This document shows positions 53,533 through 64,000 of a stretch of DNA of 64,000 nucleotides, one piece after another. How positions within the stretch are numbered: position 1 is the first letter of the stretch; every line of letters starts with the position of its first letter. The notes beneath the pieces are model-generated. The model had not been told where the DNA came from. It did not search any database and saw only the letters and a program-made list of their open reading frames with translations. The stretch is from Hyaloraphidium curvatum SAG 235-1 (Eukaryota > Fungi > Monoblepharomycota): positions 1,364,001-1,428,000 of the forward strand of contig JAIVFI010000001.1 in assembly GCA_025558095.1 (NCBI GenBank). Reading direction: 5' to 3'. The position numbers and the translations under genes were made by a program.

Positions 53533-54690
53533 ATGGGAGACGCGGACGGCCCGCGGAGATCTCTGCGGAGGGTTCAGACCGCGACGAATCCCGGGCCGGA
53601 TGCCGCGATTCGCACGCCGAGAAAGCGTCGAAGCTCGTCTCCGCCTCCTGCGGTGGCATCGGGCGCGGCAGGAGAACCCGGGGGCGTCGAGCAGAAGGAC
53701 AATGCCTCGGCGCCGGCGAAGCGGAGCCGCGGAAAGCCGAAGGCCACGCGTTCCGCGGGCGGAGGGGACGCTTCGACCGCGCCTCTGCCGTCGGAGCTTA
53801 TGGCCGCCGCCTGGGAGCGCGCCAACAGGACGCGGCGGTTCATCGGAGCGCACGTCAGCGCGTCTGGCGGGGTGCACAACTCTCCGGCCAACGCAGCACG
53901 GATCGGAGCCACGGGGTTCGCGCTCTTTCTAAAGAACCAGCGGCAGTGGGCGTGTCCGGCCCTGGAAGACGCCGTGAAGGACGGGTTCAAGGAGCAGATC
54001 AAGGCGCTCGGCTATGACTTCTCCTCGGTTATTCCGCACGGAAGCTACCTCGTCAACCTTGGCAACCGCGACAAGGACAAGCGGGAGAAGGCTTACGAGA
54101 ACTTCCTCGACGACCTCGTTCGGTGCGAGCAGCTGGGGATCCCGCACCACAACCTGCACCCGGGGAGCACCTGCGGCGAGATTACGGCCGACGAATCCAT
54201 CCGCCTCATCGTCGACTGCATCGACCGCGCACACGCGGCGACGTCGTCCGTTATCGTCGTGCTCGAGAATTGCGCCGGCCACGCCAACACCATCGGCAGC
54301 TTCGAGGACCTGGGCAAGATCTGCGCGCAGGTCAAAGACAAGTCGCGCGTCGGGGTGTGCCTGGACACGTGCCACGCTTTCGCCTTCGGGCACGACATCC
54401 GTACCAAGGAGGCCTACGAGGCGACGATGAGGTCGTTCGAGGAGCTTGTCGGGTTCAAGTACCTCAGAGCGGTCCATCTCAACGACTCCAAGGGCGAGCT
54501 CCGGTGCAGGAAAGACAGGCACGAGAACATCGGCAAGGGGTTCATCGGCATCGAGGGGTTCCGGCTGCTGCTCAACGACCCGCGGTTCGCCGACATACCG
54601 CTCGTGCTGGAGACGCCCGAGAACGCGAAGGATCCCGTTCAGGGCTACCGCGACGAGATCGACCTGCTTTACTCGCTGATCGCGGCTTGA
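53533..54690 (+). CDS. APN1: AP endonuclease 1 (endonuclease IV family), intronless
   Basis: IGAHVSASGG, FALFLKNQRQW, PHGSYLVNLGN, NLHPGST, LENCAG, GVCLDTCH, HLNDSK, DRHENIG.G.IG, LVLETP; basic low-complexity N-terminal extension. Confidence 0.95.
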   Translation: MGDADGPRRSLRRVQTATNPGPDAAIRTPRKRRSSSPPPAVASGAAGEPGGVEQKDNASAPAKRSRGKPKATRSAGGGDASTAPLPSELMAAAWERANRTRRFIGAHVSASGGVHNSPANAARIGATGFALFLKNQRQWACPALEDAVKDGFKEQIKALGYDFSSVIPHGSYLVNLGNRDKDKREKAYENFLDDLVRCEQLGIPHHNLHPGSTCGEITADESIRLIVDCIDRAHAATSSVIVVLENCAGHANTIGSFEDLGKICAQVKDKSRVGVCLDTCHAFAFGHDIRTKEAYEATMRSFEELVGFKYLRAVHLNDSKGELRCRKDRHENIGKGFIGIEGFRLLLNDPRFADIPLVLETPENAKDPVQGYRDEIDLLYSLIAA

Positions 54691-54975
54691 CGGCACCTCG
54701 GGACACGGCTTTCTTTTGACGGGGCATAAATGGATTTTCGGGAGGCAGCTCACAGCAAGGTGTAGATCACGGCAAGGTGTAGGGCTTGAAAATGGGTCGG
54801 TCGCCTTCTCATAAGCCCTTTGCGTCCGAGCACGAACCCCACTCGACATACCGGGTCTCCTGCTGGTGGAGGCCGCGCGCGGCTGCAACTGCGCCGCGGC
54901 GCTACGGTCTACAGTCTGGGGGAGATCTCTTCTATCGTCTCCGAATCTAACGTGTGATCTATCGGCTTCCGTGGC

Positions 54976-55811
54976 CTACGAGTCCTTGACGGCGTCTTTG
55001 CTGTGCGGCCGGTAGGTTCCCCAGATGCGGTCCCAGAACATGGTATATTGGCCGTAGTTGTAGCGGAAGAGATGGTGGTGAACTGAAAAGGGCGCCAAAA
55101 TCAGTACGAGTCTATGCTGATGGCAACATGTGCTCTCCCACCGTCGTGGTACGAGACCTCGTACACGTCCCCCAACCCGAGATCGAACCGCGTGTGATTC
55201 AGGTAGGCCAGCAGCCCGCCGACGCCCACGAACGCGACGAAAGTCGCCGCGTGGAGGCCCGTCGGCAGCAGCCGGCAGACGATCCACGCCGCCAGGAGGT
55301 GGCAGTAATCACCCGCGACGAACTCGACAGGGTGCACGTTGACGGCGTCAAGCCCGCCGCGGAACGGCACGACTTGGCGGTGGTGGTGCCGATGGATCCA
55401 GGGATAGACCTCCCTGATGTGGAGGAACCAATGCCAAAGCGAGTAAAAGAAGTCGTAGACTATGAACAGCGCCGGCACCGAGAGCACGGCGTTCCAGAGG
55501 TCCGCTTCCGCCCAGGCCCACTTGACGCGGGGTTCGCGGAGCATCCAGCGGCCCGAATGGTAGGCAAACACGGCTATGGACAGCCGATTGAAGGCGATGA
55601 ACGCCCAGTCCAGGGGCGAAAGGGTCTCCAGCGCCTTCCCCGACTCGGGAATCCGCTTAACCGCGGGGAAGAGAGCGGGCACCTTTGCCAGCAGCGTCAG
55701 GAGCTCCAGGCCGACCTGGACCACCGCGACCCAGGCCAAGTATGGTCCTAGGCCCCATCGCGTGTTATCAAAAGGGTCGAACCCTACGAGCTCCGTCAAT
55801 GCGGCGGACAT
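54976..55811 (-). CDS. Fatty-acid hydroxylase / sterol desaturase superfamily protein; 2 exons
   Basis: His boxes YDFFYSLWHWFLH, IHRHHH, LNH, YHDVHHH (across the intron ~55085-55142), NYGQYTMFWDRIWGTY. Confidence 0.9.
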
Positions 55812-55888
55812 TTGGATCGGAACGAGTGGTGTGAGGAATGCTGGGCTGGTGTTGCGCCTCCGTCTCTTCACGACCAACATCTCGAAGC

Positions 55889-57636
55889 TCAAAGAAGGTT
55901 ATGCGATCGAGCTTGGTCAAGCAAGGGGCGCGCCACGTAGAACCGAGCAAACTCATGAAGCCTGAGCAACCCGGACGTGCCCAACAGGAGCAACCCCGCC
56001 GCCCAGACGCCGACCAGCTGCCACATGCCCAGCAGGATCCACGGGATCTGCAGCAGCCTAGCGAGGCTGGGCACCTTGTAGAGGCAGTCGAGTTCGGTCG
56101 CGACCTCATCGATGAAGATGGTGACGGCGGCCACGAACAGCGGGTGACCCGAGGATACGGCCACCAGGTAGCTCAAAGCGGCGGCCGTCATCTCGACGCC
56201 GAACTTGTAGAACACCTCGTTCGCGTCGATCTCGTTCGGGTCCATCTCGGCCGCGGGCACGCCGGTTCCGCGCGGGCTTTTGCTCTCCTTGGCCTGCTCT
56301 TCCTGGGCAGCTGCCTCGCGCCCGTGCTCGTGCAGCTCGCGAAGCCTCCTCAGGACCACTTCCACGCGCTCGTCCTCGGATCGCACGGCGGCCTCGTCGT
56401 CCTGGTTCCTGTACGTCCTCCAGAGCTCGCGCAGCTGCTCCCTCCACGCGGCGTCGCCGGCGGCTTCCTCGGCGATCTCGAGCGCGGTCTTGCCCTGCCA
56501 GTTCCTCCTCGCCGACAGCTCGCGCCACTCGAGGCCGGCGACGCCGAGCACCATGCCCAGGGCGCGATCGTCCAGGTAGCGCGCGGCAAAGTGCAGAACA
56601 GTGTTGCCCGACCCGAGATCCTCGAGAGTCGAATCCAACTCGTACCGCAGCAAGATCTGCAGGGAGATGTACGAGCGCGTGCGGATCGCCAGCGCGGCCT
56701 CGTGGCGCGACCGCTCGAACTCGTCCTCGGAGAACGAGCCGCCGCCCAGCTCCTGCTCCGCCGCCATCTTCGCGATGTCCTCGGACGAATGCTTGTACTC
56801 CGAGTTCTCGTCGCGCTGGAGCATTTCTTGCACTTTCGCGACGTACTCGCGGTACCGCTTGTCGAACGCCTTCTTGCGCTGCCGCGCCGTCGCGCTCTTT
56901 TCGTACTCGCGCTCCATCCGCTTGTCCTTCCTCGCGGAACCTGTTCTCGGCCCGCCTCCTCTCCTTTTGCTCCCGGGCCTCCTCGTCGCGGCGGGCCCGG
57001 TTGGCCTTCTGGCGCTCCCTCTTCCTCTGCGGCCTGGACTTCTTTCCCGCGCCGGCCTTGTCAGGGGCGCCGCGGCCGTTCTCCCTCTCGCTCTCGCCCG
57101 AGCTCTCGGCTCCATACGCCATATACGCGTCGTCATCGCCGTCCGAGGCCAGGTACGCGAGGCACGCATCACGGGCCTGCTGCAGGGCGATGAACCTCCC
57201 ATGGGCGCCCGGGGAAGGGTCCTTGTCCGAATGCACGGCGAGAGACGCTTTGCGGAAGGCCGAGTTGATTTCTGCCTCGGTCAGCTCTCCCTTGGGGCGG
57301 TCGGCGAGGCCGAGGGCGGCAAAGGGGTCCTTGGGAGGGGCGCCTCCGGGCCTGCGGTCGGCTGGCGTCCGCCCTGCCGGCTCGCGACTCGAGCAGCTTT
57401 TCCCACATCGGGCGGAGCACCTCGATCATTGCAACGACGCCCGGCGACACCGCATCGATGGCCGCCCCCGCAGCGCTGCGTGCCGCATGGGCGAAACGGG
57501 AGCAGCAGAACTGTCCGGAGGGGGCGTCCTCCACTTCGTCTTCGGGGCCCTCAAAAGGCACGCCACCGGAAAACGCAAACGACGACTGCGCGTGCCGATG
57601 CCGCTGGTAGGCATCCTGCCGGCGTCTCCGGCCCAT
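55889..57636 (-). CDS. J-domain-like (HSD) + charged coil + ankyrin + C-terminal TM protein; frame break near 56935
   Basis: DPFAALGL..LTEAEINSAFRKASLAVHSDKD..AHGRFIALQQARD; ankyrin-like GNTVLHFAAR and NWQGKTALEIA; hydrophobic C-terminus. Intron ~57352-57406. The two halves are in different frames. Confidence 0.65.
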
Positions 57637-57828
57637 CTTCTCCGCGAAGATCGGGGGGCACCGTGCAGGTCAAGGGTTTGGTCACAAAAGCAGGGTTCGA
57701 GGGCGGAAGGCGGTCAGGACAACAAACACGCCGCAGGAACCGTCCCTCAGCGCCCTCCACAGCTGTTCCGCAGCTGATCCCGGCACCGGCAAACAGCGTT
57801 TACCGCTCGTTGCGCCGTCTCAGCCGCG

Positions 57829-59419
57829 ATGGCGTCCCTGCTTGCCGGGGGCGTGACGAAGGCCACGCAGGACAATCAGACAACTCAGTACTACGCAAAC
57901 CCCGGGACCTATGCGGCGCCGCCGGCAGATGGACAGTACCCGCCGCCCACGGTCGGCGCCGCCGGACAGTACCCGCCCCCCGCTGGGCAGTATCCCCCTC
58001 CCTCGGGCCAATATCCCCCTCCCCCGGGCGGCGCTTATCCCCAGACCACTGCCCCCGCCTACCCTCCGGGCGCCCAGCCCGTGCCGCAGCAAAGCCAGTC
58101 GGCCGTGGTCGACATGAACGGCGTGCAGTACGCGCCCCCCGACTACCGCAACCCGCTCACGAGCTTGAAGACCGGCTTCGAGGACGACGCCGCGCGGCAG
58201 AAGCGCGAGGCGGCGATGAAGCTGACCGAGGTGGAGATTGACGTCCGCATGAAGTTCCTCCGGAAAGGTGGGTCTTTTGCTGCGTCTCCCAGTGGTCTGC
58301 TAACAGACGTGCGGCGGGCTGTCAATTTCAATTTCCCTCTGATCCGGCAGTCTACGGCATCCTCTTTGCCCAGCTTGCCCTCACCTGCGCTATCACCGCA
58401 ATTCTCATGTTCGCCGGCGGCAGCTTTAAGATCTGGCTCATTACCGGTGGAGGCTACTGGTGGGCTCCCCTGTGGGCGACCGTGATCGCGAGACCGACCG
58501 GCTACGCAGGTTCCCTTGGGTCATGCTCATCGTTTGCATCATCTCAATGATGTGCCTATTTGCCAAACGGCATGAGACCCCGCTCAACTTCATCCTGCTG
58601 GCGATATTCACCGGGTTTGAGGCGCTCAGCATTGGGTCAATCGGTGGGGTGCAGCTACTTGCTACCGGAGAGAGGATCGGAACCTGACCGTTTCTCGGGT
58701 ACAGTTGTTTTCTACGACACGGTGGTCGTGCTCCAGGCTGCAATCGTGGGTTGCTGCTCCGTTTTGTGTGTCGTGCGGACCGACACTGACCTGAACTGCT
58801 CTTCCAGACAACAACCGCCGTCTTTGGTACTGATCTACGTTCGTGTACCTTTCCGGAACTACGTCTAACGTTGTTGCTCCCCGACAGTTGGGCTTTCGAT
58901 ATTCACCTGGCAGAGTGGGTTTCCCCTTCAACTGCCTCCTTCCTGAGGCTAACATCACCCTTTTTTCCAGCCAAGAAGGATTTCTCCTTCCTCTGGCCAT
59001 TCCTTAGCGGCGCACTGATGGCGCTGATCATGGCAGGGTCGGTGGCGCGACTTTTTGGTCCGCGGCCCGCGGCTGACGCCTCCGACAGGTTCATCCAGCT
59101 TTTCCTCCCCTACAACTACTGGTACAACATCGTGATTGCTATCGTGACAGCCCTCGTCTTTTGTGGTTACATCGTTTACGACACGCAGGTGTGTTCGGAG
59201 TGGTTGCGGGGTGTATTTGAGGTTCCTTGAGCACCAGTGCTGCAGATGATCATGAAGCGGATGAGCCCCGAGGACTACATCCCGGCTTCGGTGATGCTGT
59301 ATTTGGACATCCTGAATCTCTTCTTAGGTGCGTAGCGTTTTCTGCGGTGCGGAGACCATGGGAGCTGACTAGAATTGCCTTCTTAAGCATTTTTGCGCAT
59401 TTTCGGGAGCTCCAAGTAG
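57829..59419 (+). CDS. Bax inhibitor-1 / Lifeguard (TMBIM) family protein; ~9 exons
   Basis: VRMKFLRKVYGILFAQL, PLNFILLAIFTGFEA, KKDFSFL, FCGYIVYDTQMIM..SPEDYI.ASVMLYLDILNLFL; Pro/Tyr-rich N-terminus. Confidence 0.92.
57931..58030 (+). repeat. Coding GQYPPP repeats (21-bp unit)
   Basis: GQYPPPT, GQYPPPA, GQYPPPS, GQYPPPP in exon 1 of the TMBIM gene. Confidence 0.85.
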
Positions 59420-59676
59420 GGTTCTTTGGTAGACGTCCTCTTCAAGTAATCGTTTCGCACTTTGTGGTGACGACCTTGCGGTGATGCGGTGCCTCTGTGG
59501 ATGGGTTCTAAGGGTTAGACGTTCTCTTGCGGTGGTGGTGGTTGTCTGCAGGGAGTCAGGATTCGGGGGTTTCGGCGTTTGGTGTTTGTGCTTGTAGACG
59601 AGACGGCAAAGTACTCTATCAGCAACTCTCGCAACACACGACTGCATTGATTCCATCGCCGATGGTCTCTCCGTCC

Positions 59677-61440
59677 TCACAAGGTCGGCTGCGGGTTGGC
59701 CGCCGGGGGCGGGACTGGCTCCGCCGCCAGCTTCTCGTACGTCGCCCTCGCGTTCCGCGCCGCGTTGCGGACCACTTCCGGCAATGCGGGGTGGATCTGG
59801 AAAGCGGCCAGGTTAGGGTGTGCGGGCATTTGCGCGGCGGTAGACGACGTACATAGATGAATCGCAAAATGTCGTCGAGGGTCGCACCGAACTGCAATGA
59901 GGGCACAATTCAGAATCAGCACGTCACGCAGCACACGAGTGACCCACGTAAAGGTACGAGATGCAGAGATGGATCATGTCCGACGCCTCGGCTCCGATGA
60001 TGTGCGCGCCCACCAGCCGCTTGGTCGTCTTTTCGAAGAGCAGCTTGGCAAAGCCCTCCTCCGACAGCAGAGCGTCGCCCATGGCCGTTGACCGGTATCC
60101 GGCCTTGCCGATGATGACGTCCATGCCCATCATACGGGCCTCCTGGGTGGTCAGCCCGACGCCCCCGACCTGGGGGTTGGAAAAGATGGCGTGCGGGACC
60201 GGTGGGTACGAGACGGGCGCGGCGTGGCCCTTGAAGACGTGATCGAACACGTATTCTCCCTCGAAGTTGGCCGAATGGCGGAACAGGTACCGCCCGATGA
60301 TGTCGCCCCACGCGTAGACGCCAGGGACAGCGGTCTGGAAGTGGTCGTCCACCTTGAGGAACCCGGCCTTGTCGAGCACCATGTCCGTGTTCTCTTTGAT
60401 GCCCAGCTCGTCCGTGTTGGGCACCACGCCCGTGGCGATGAAGAGGCCCTTGGCCTGGAGCGTCTGGCGCTCCTTGGTCTTGACGTTCTCGATCTCCACG
60501 GTGAAGGTGTGCGTCGCCTCGTCGAACGACACGCGGGTCGGGTGCACGCCAAAGTGGCACGGATACTTGGACGAGAAGACGCGCTCAAACTCGGTGATGA
60601 CCTCCTCGTCCTCGGCGCGGATCATCTGGCTCCGCACGAGCACGGTGATCTTGGTCCCAGTCTGGGCCAGGTAGTGCGAGAGTTCCGTGGCGATGTAGCC
60701 GCCCCCGACAACGATGCAGGACTCGAGGGGCTCGGTGTAGCGGAGGACCTCCTGGTAGGTGAGGAAAGGCGTCCCCTTGAGGCCCGGAACGTTCGGAATA
60801 TGGGCGCGGCAGCCCGCAGGGACAAAGATGCGGTCGCCGGTAATGTAGCGGGTCTCGGATCCGGGTTTGGTGAGCTCGATCAGCTTGTTGGCCACGAAAC
60901 GCGCCGCATAACCGTGGAAGGTGGAGAGGTTCGCGGTCCTTCAAAAGGAAGTGAGCCAAAAGGCTCCTAACCAGAAGGCAAGAACCCACTTGGCATACAA
61001 CGGAGCAATGCTGTTGGAATCAGCGTCGATTGCGGCGCTGACACGCTCGACGAGCTTCCTCCGGTCCGTCCAGATCTTTTCGGCGTCGATCCCGTTGATG
61101 TCGAACTTGGCCGCGTGCCGGACCTCCTGGAGCACGTCAGCCGGATGAATGAGCATCTTGGACGGGATGCAGCCCCTGAGAATGAAGCGTATCGGAATGA
61201 GCAGGCTGCACATTGTCGCCGCACGTCTCCCAAGCAGCACCTGTTGAGGCAAGTGCCCCCGTACGGGCCCTTCTCGATGATGGCCGTCTTGAATCCCATA
61301 CCAGCAGCAGGCCGTGTGATTTTTGAGCCCGAACCGGATCCGATGACCACCACGTCGAAGTGCTCGACGTTCGGGTACTTTGACGCGTCCCATTTGTCAT
61401 GGGGCAATCCGGCGTCCTTCACAGGTGGCAGGGGAGCCAT
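59677..61440 (-). CDS. Class I pyridine nucleotide-disulfide oxidoreductase (mycothione reductase / dihydrolipoamide dehydrogenase-like); 5 exons
   Basis: FDVVVIGSGSG, GGTCLNRGCIPSKMLIHPADV (across an intron), VVGGGYIATEL, VYAWGDIIGRYLFRHSANFEG, VPHAIFSNPQVGGVG, IHPALPEVVRNA. Confidence 0.9.
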
Positions 61441-61852
61441 GGCGGTCACAGTTCGCCTGAAAGCGGTTCGTGCGGAGCTGGAGATCGGTCTTGAGGTCGG
61501 CCGTTTGTGCGCCGAAGTGAGCTCGCGGAGCTGCTCTCGAGATGCTTCTCTTGACGCGACCAGAGGGTGCCGCCCAGAAACAGCGCCGAAGAGGCGCGAT
61601 TCTAGTGTGCGCGTGCGGAGACTGCAATATCCGGAAGCGATGGCCCGCGAGGAAGGTCGGGCAACGTTCATAAACGTCCACCTGTTGTTTGCCGCCCGCC
61701 CGAGCAGCACGGAATCACGAAACCGGCGGCAAAACCAACGCCGAATCTTCCCGGCAAGAGAATGGCGCTATCTGGAAATCATCGCCAGGGTAATCATTAC
61801 CAACTCCAAGTTACAGGGAATCTCCAACGGGGTATCTGGGAGTCACATCCGA

Positions 61853-64000
61853 TCAATCGTCCAGCATCTCCACGTCGTCGTCTCCAGCTCCATGCGTCGG
61901 CCCGTTCCCGAGCTCCTGAATCCACTGCTTCTTCGCCCGGTCCCAAACTGCCGGGGGCAGGCTGGGGATGTCAAGCTCAGGGCGCCGCTTCCTCATGATA
62001 TCGATGTCGACCGTGTCGAGGGCGAAAAGACGGTGGATGTAGACCTAAGACCGCGAATGAGCCACGTAACCGGAAGCGAAGCATCTCGTGGTTCACCATC
62101 GGCTTCGTCTGGCCGTAACGGACCGCACGGCCAATGGCCTGCGTCTCCTTTGCATCGAAGCTGGCCTGCGTCGGGGTCTTGAGCGGGCTCAGGAAGATGA
62201 TGTGGTTGGCCACGGTGAGGTTGGCGCCGCTGGCTGTCTCGTTATCGAGGTTCAGAAGGAGCACTCGATGCTTGGAGTTGGGACTCTGGAAGTCGTCGAG
62301 GATTTTCGACTTCGCGTTGGCAGTGCCCTTGTCCAACGTTGCGCAGGTGATGCCGGCGTCGCCGAGAGCCTCCGCCACCTTCTTGAACATATCGAAGAAC
62401 TGCACAAATATCAGGCAGCGCTCGCCTGCGGGAATCCTGCGCACGATGTCGACGAGTCGCTGAAGCTTGGCGCCGAACTTGCCCGAGGTCTCTTCCGCGC
62501 CGACAGAGGAAAGAATCGAAAGGGGCACGACGTTCGTCGCCCGAACAGGGGCGGCGCAAACGTCCGCATCATGCACACAGCGCTGCTGGCCAGCAAAGTT
62601 CTTCAGGCAGTCCAAGCAGGCGACGTGTCCGCAGCAAGACAGCACCCCCATCTCGACCCCGTCTCCCTGGTGCGAACACACAGAGCGTTCCAGGGCGGCG
62701 TCCCGCTCGGCACCCCCGCGCTGGATGTTCCGGATGGTTTCGAAGAAGCGCAGCGAACGACAGCGACCGGCGAGTTCCTTGCTGATCTTGCGCAGCACGA
62801 TGACGCGCTCGCGCAGCTCCCAGATGGTGTCGGAGAGTTTGCCGGACCGGTCGACGACGTCGTACTTCTTGAGCTTCCCTTGGGGAGTGAATCCCTCGTT
62901 GTCCATGATCTCCGCCAGGAGCCGGTCCGCGAACCTGTCGCCGCTCAGTCTCAGGGCGAAAACCGAGCGGGCGAACTCCTCAATCGGCGGCTTCGGCACT
63001 TCCGGCGGGTATCCACCGCCAGCGGCGATCTGCAAGGCGAGAATGCGGCAATAGGCGACTTCGCGAGCAAAGTCGACCTGGCATGCCAGACGCTGGTCGC
63101 GGCGGACCTTGGCAATGTCGTCGCAGGCTTCCTGTGCGTTCTCCGCCGTACTCTCCCTGGTGAAGTCGGGAGAGAAGTGCGCAGCACGCTTCAGGAGTGC
63201 CTCCTCGGCATCTTTGCTGTCTGCGAGAACCTCTTGCAGCCGATTGTTCCGGTCACCGACAGAGACATCCTTGAACGTCTTTGGCGCCTTACTGCGTTAT
63301 CGAGAAGGCGAAGTTAGACTGGTGAGACACTCAACGAAGATGGTGAAGACTTACGCCAGCATCTCGATCGAAAGCAGGTGGTGCTCCAGCTCCAGATAGA
63401 TCGTGCGCTCGTCAGACGGCAGGCACACCTGGTGACAGATGTCGGTCCGAGGGATGAGATCGATCTCCGCCACATTCTGCCGGAGGAACTTGTCGAGGAA
63501 AGCCTGCGCAACGTCGTCGCGGGCGGCGTGCCAGGCGGACGAGTGCACCTCGCGATACCCGTGGAACTGTTCCGCCGCAGTCTTGACGGTCTTCTGCGCC
63601 ACAATGCCCTGTTTGTCGTCGTCGACACCGAGGTGGATGCCGAGGAAAGCAGCGATGCCCTTGATGGACCCAAAGTCCTCGACGGGGGGCGTGCCCGAGA
63701 GAATCCAACGGCTGGAAGCCTTGATGCCGGTCATTGCGGCGAGAGGAAGTCCCTCGAGGTACGTATACTCGTCGATGATGAGCCTCTTGAAGGAGAACAT
63801 CTGCAGAGGGGCGCCCTTGATGTTGCGGAAGCTCTCCTTGACGTTCTTGTCCCCGAGGTTGGTCTTCACATCGTCCTTGCGTTTCGGTTCCTTCTTGGGC
63901 TAATCGCAGCGACGGTCGTAAGCGTTTCTGGGAATGAGAGCTCAGACGACTTCTGACGTACCTTCGGCTGCGCCTTCCCAGACTTTTTGCGACCCTGCTC
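61853..64000 (-). CDS. SNF2-type ATPase/RING C-terminal region, DNMT5-like (partial; 5' end beyond the window)
   Basis: IIDEYTYL, RWILSGTPP, QAFLDKFLRQNVAEID, ERTIYLELEHHL, EEALLKRAAHF, RING CSH..CCGHVAC.DC..C..C, FGAKL, LIFVQF, ASGANLTVANH.IF, ETQAIGRAVRYGQ. SNF2 is secure; DNMT5 identity is inferred. Confidence 0.8.

Noticed and set aside
1-64000. Bacterial genome or contaminant, or a biosynthetic gene cluster
   Set aside because: Spliceosomal introns and eukaryote-specific genes occur throughout; the oxygenases and hydrolases are scattered with no PKS, NRPS or terpene synthase core.

Overview
This is gene-dense, very GC-rich eukaryotic DNA, not prokaryotic. Most genes are split by short (~45-130 nt) GT..AG introns with fungal-type CTGAC/CTAAC branch points, and the gene set (NCA2, YTP1, ATO/ADY2, APN1, Mug135-like, DNMT5-like SNF2, Rieske-DUF455 fusion) points to a fungus, by inference an early-diverging/zoosporic lineage. 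About 40 genes or gene fragments can be built; most of the supplied ORFs are antisense or off-frame shadows. Highlights: (1) a ~1.6-kb divergent two-gene cassette (secreted 8-Cys protein / double-WW protein) present three times, twice as an inverted repeat around a 4.9-kb three-gene block and once as a mosaic copy with an internal ~500-bp inversion and a frameshift; (2) a signal-peptide-less LysM protein followed by nine ~70-aa helical repeats, each with HxxLD and HxxD/E motifs, with a phase-0 intron at the same position in eight of nine repeats; (3) a 7-TM protein with the topology of gustatory-receptor-like ion channels; (4) many intron-poor, bacterial-looking genes (possible HGT), two with peroxisomal PTS1 signals on terminal exons. 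No rRNA, tRNA, CRISPR array or transposase was recognised. Gene models were spliced by eye and family assignments rest on recalled motifs, not database searches.
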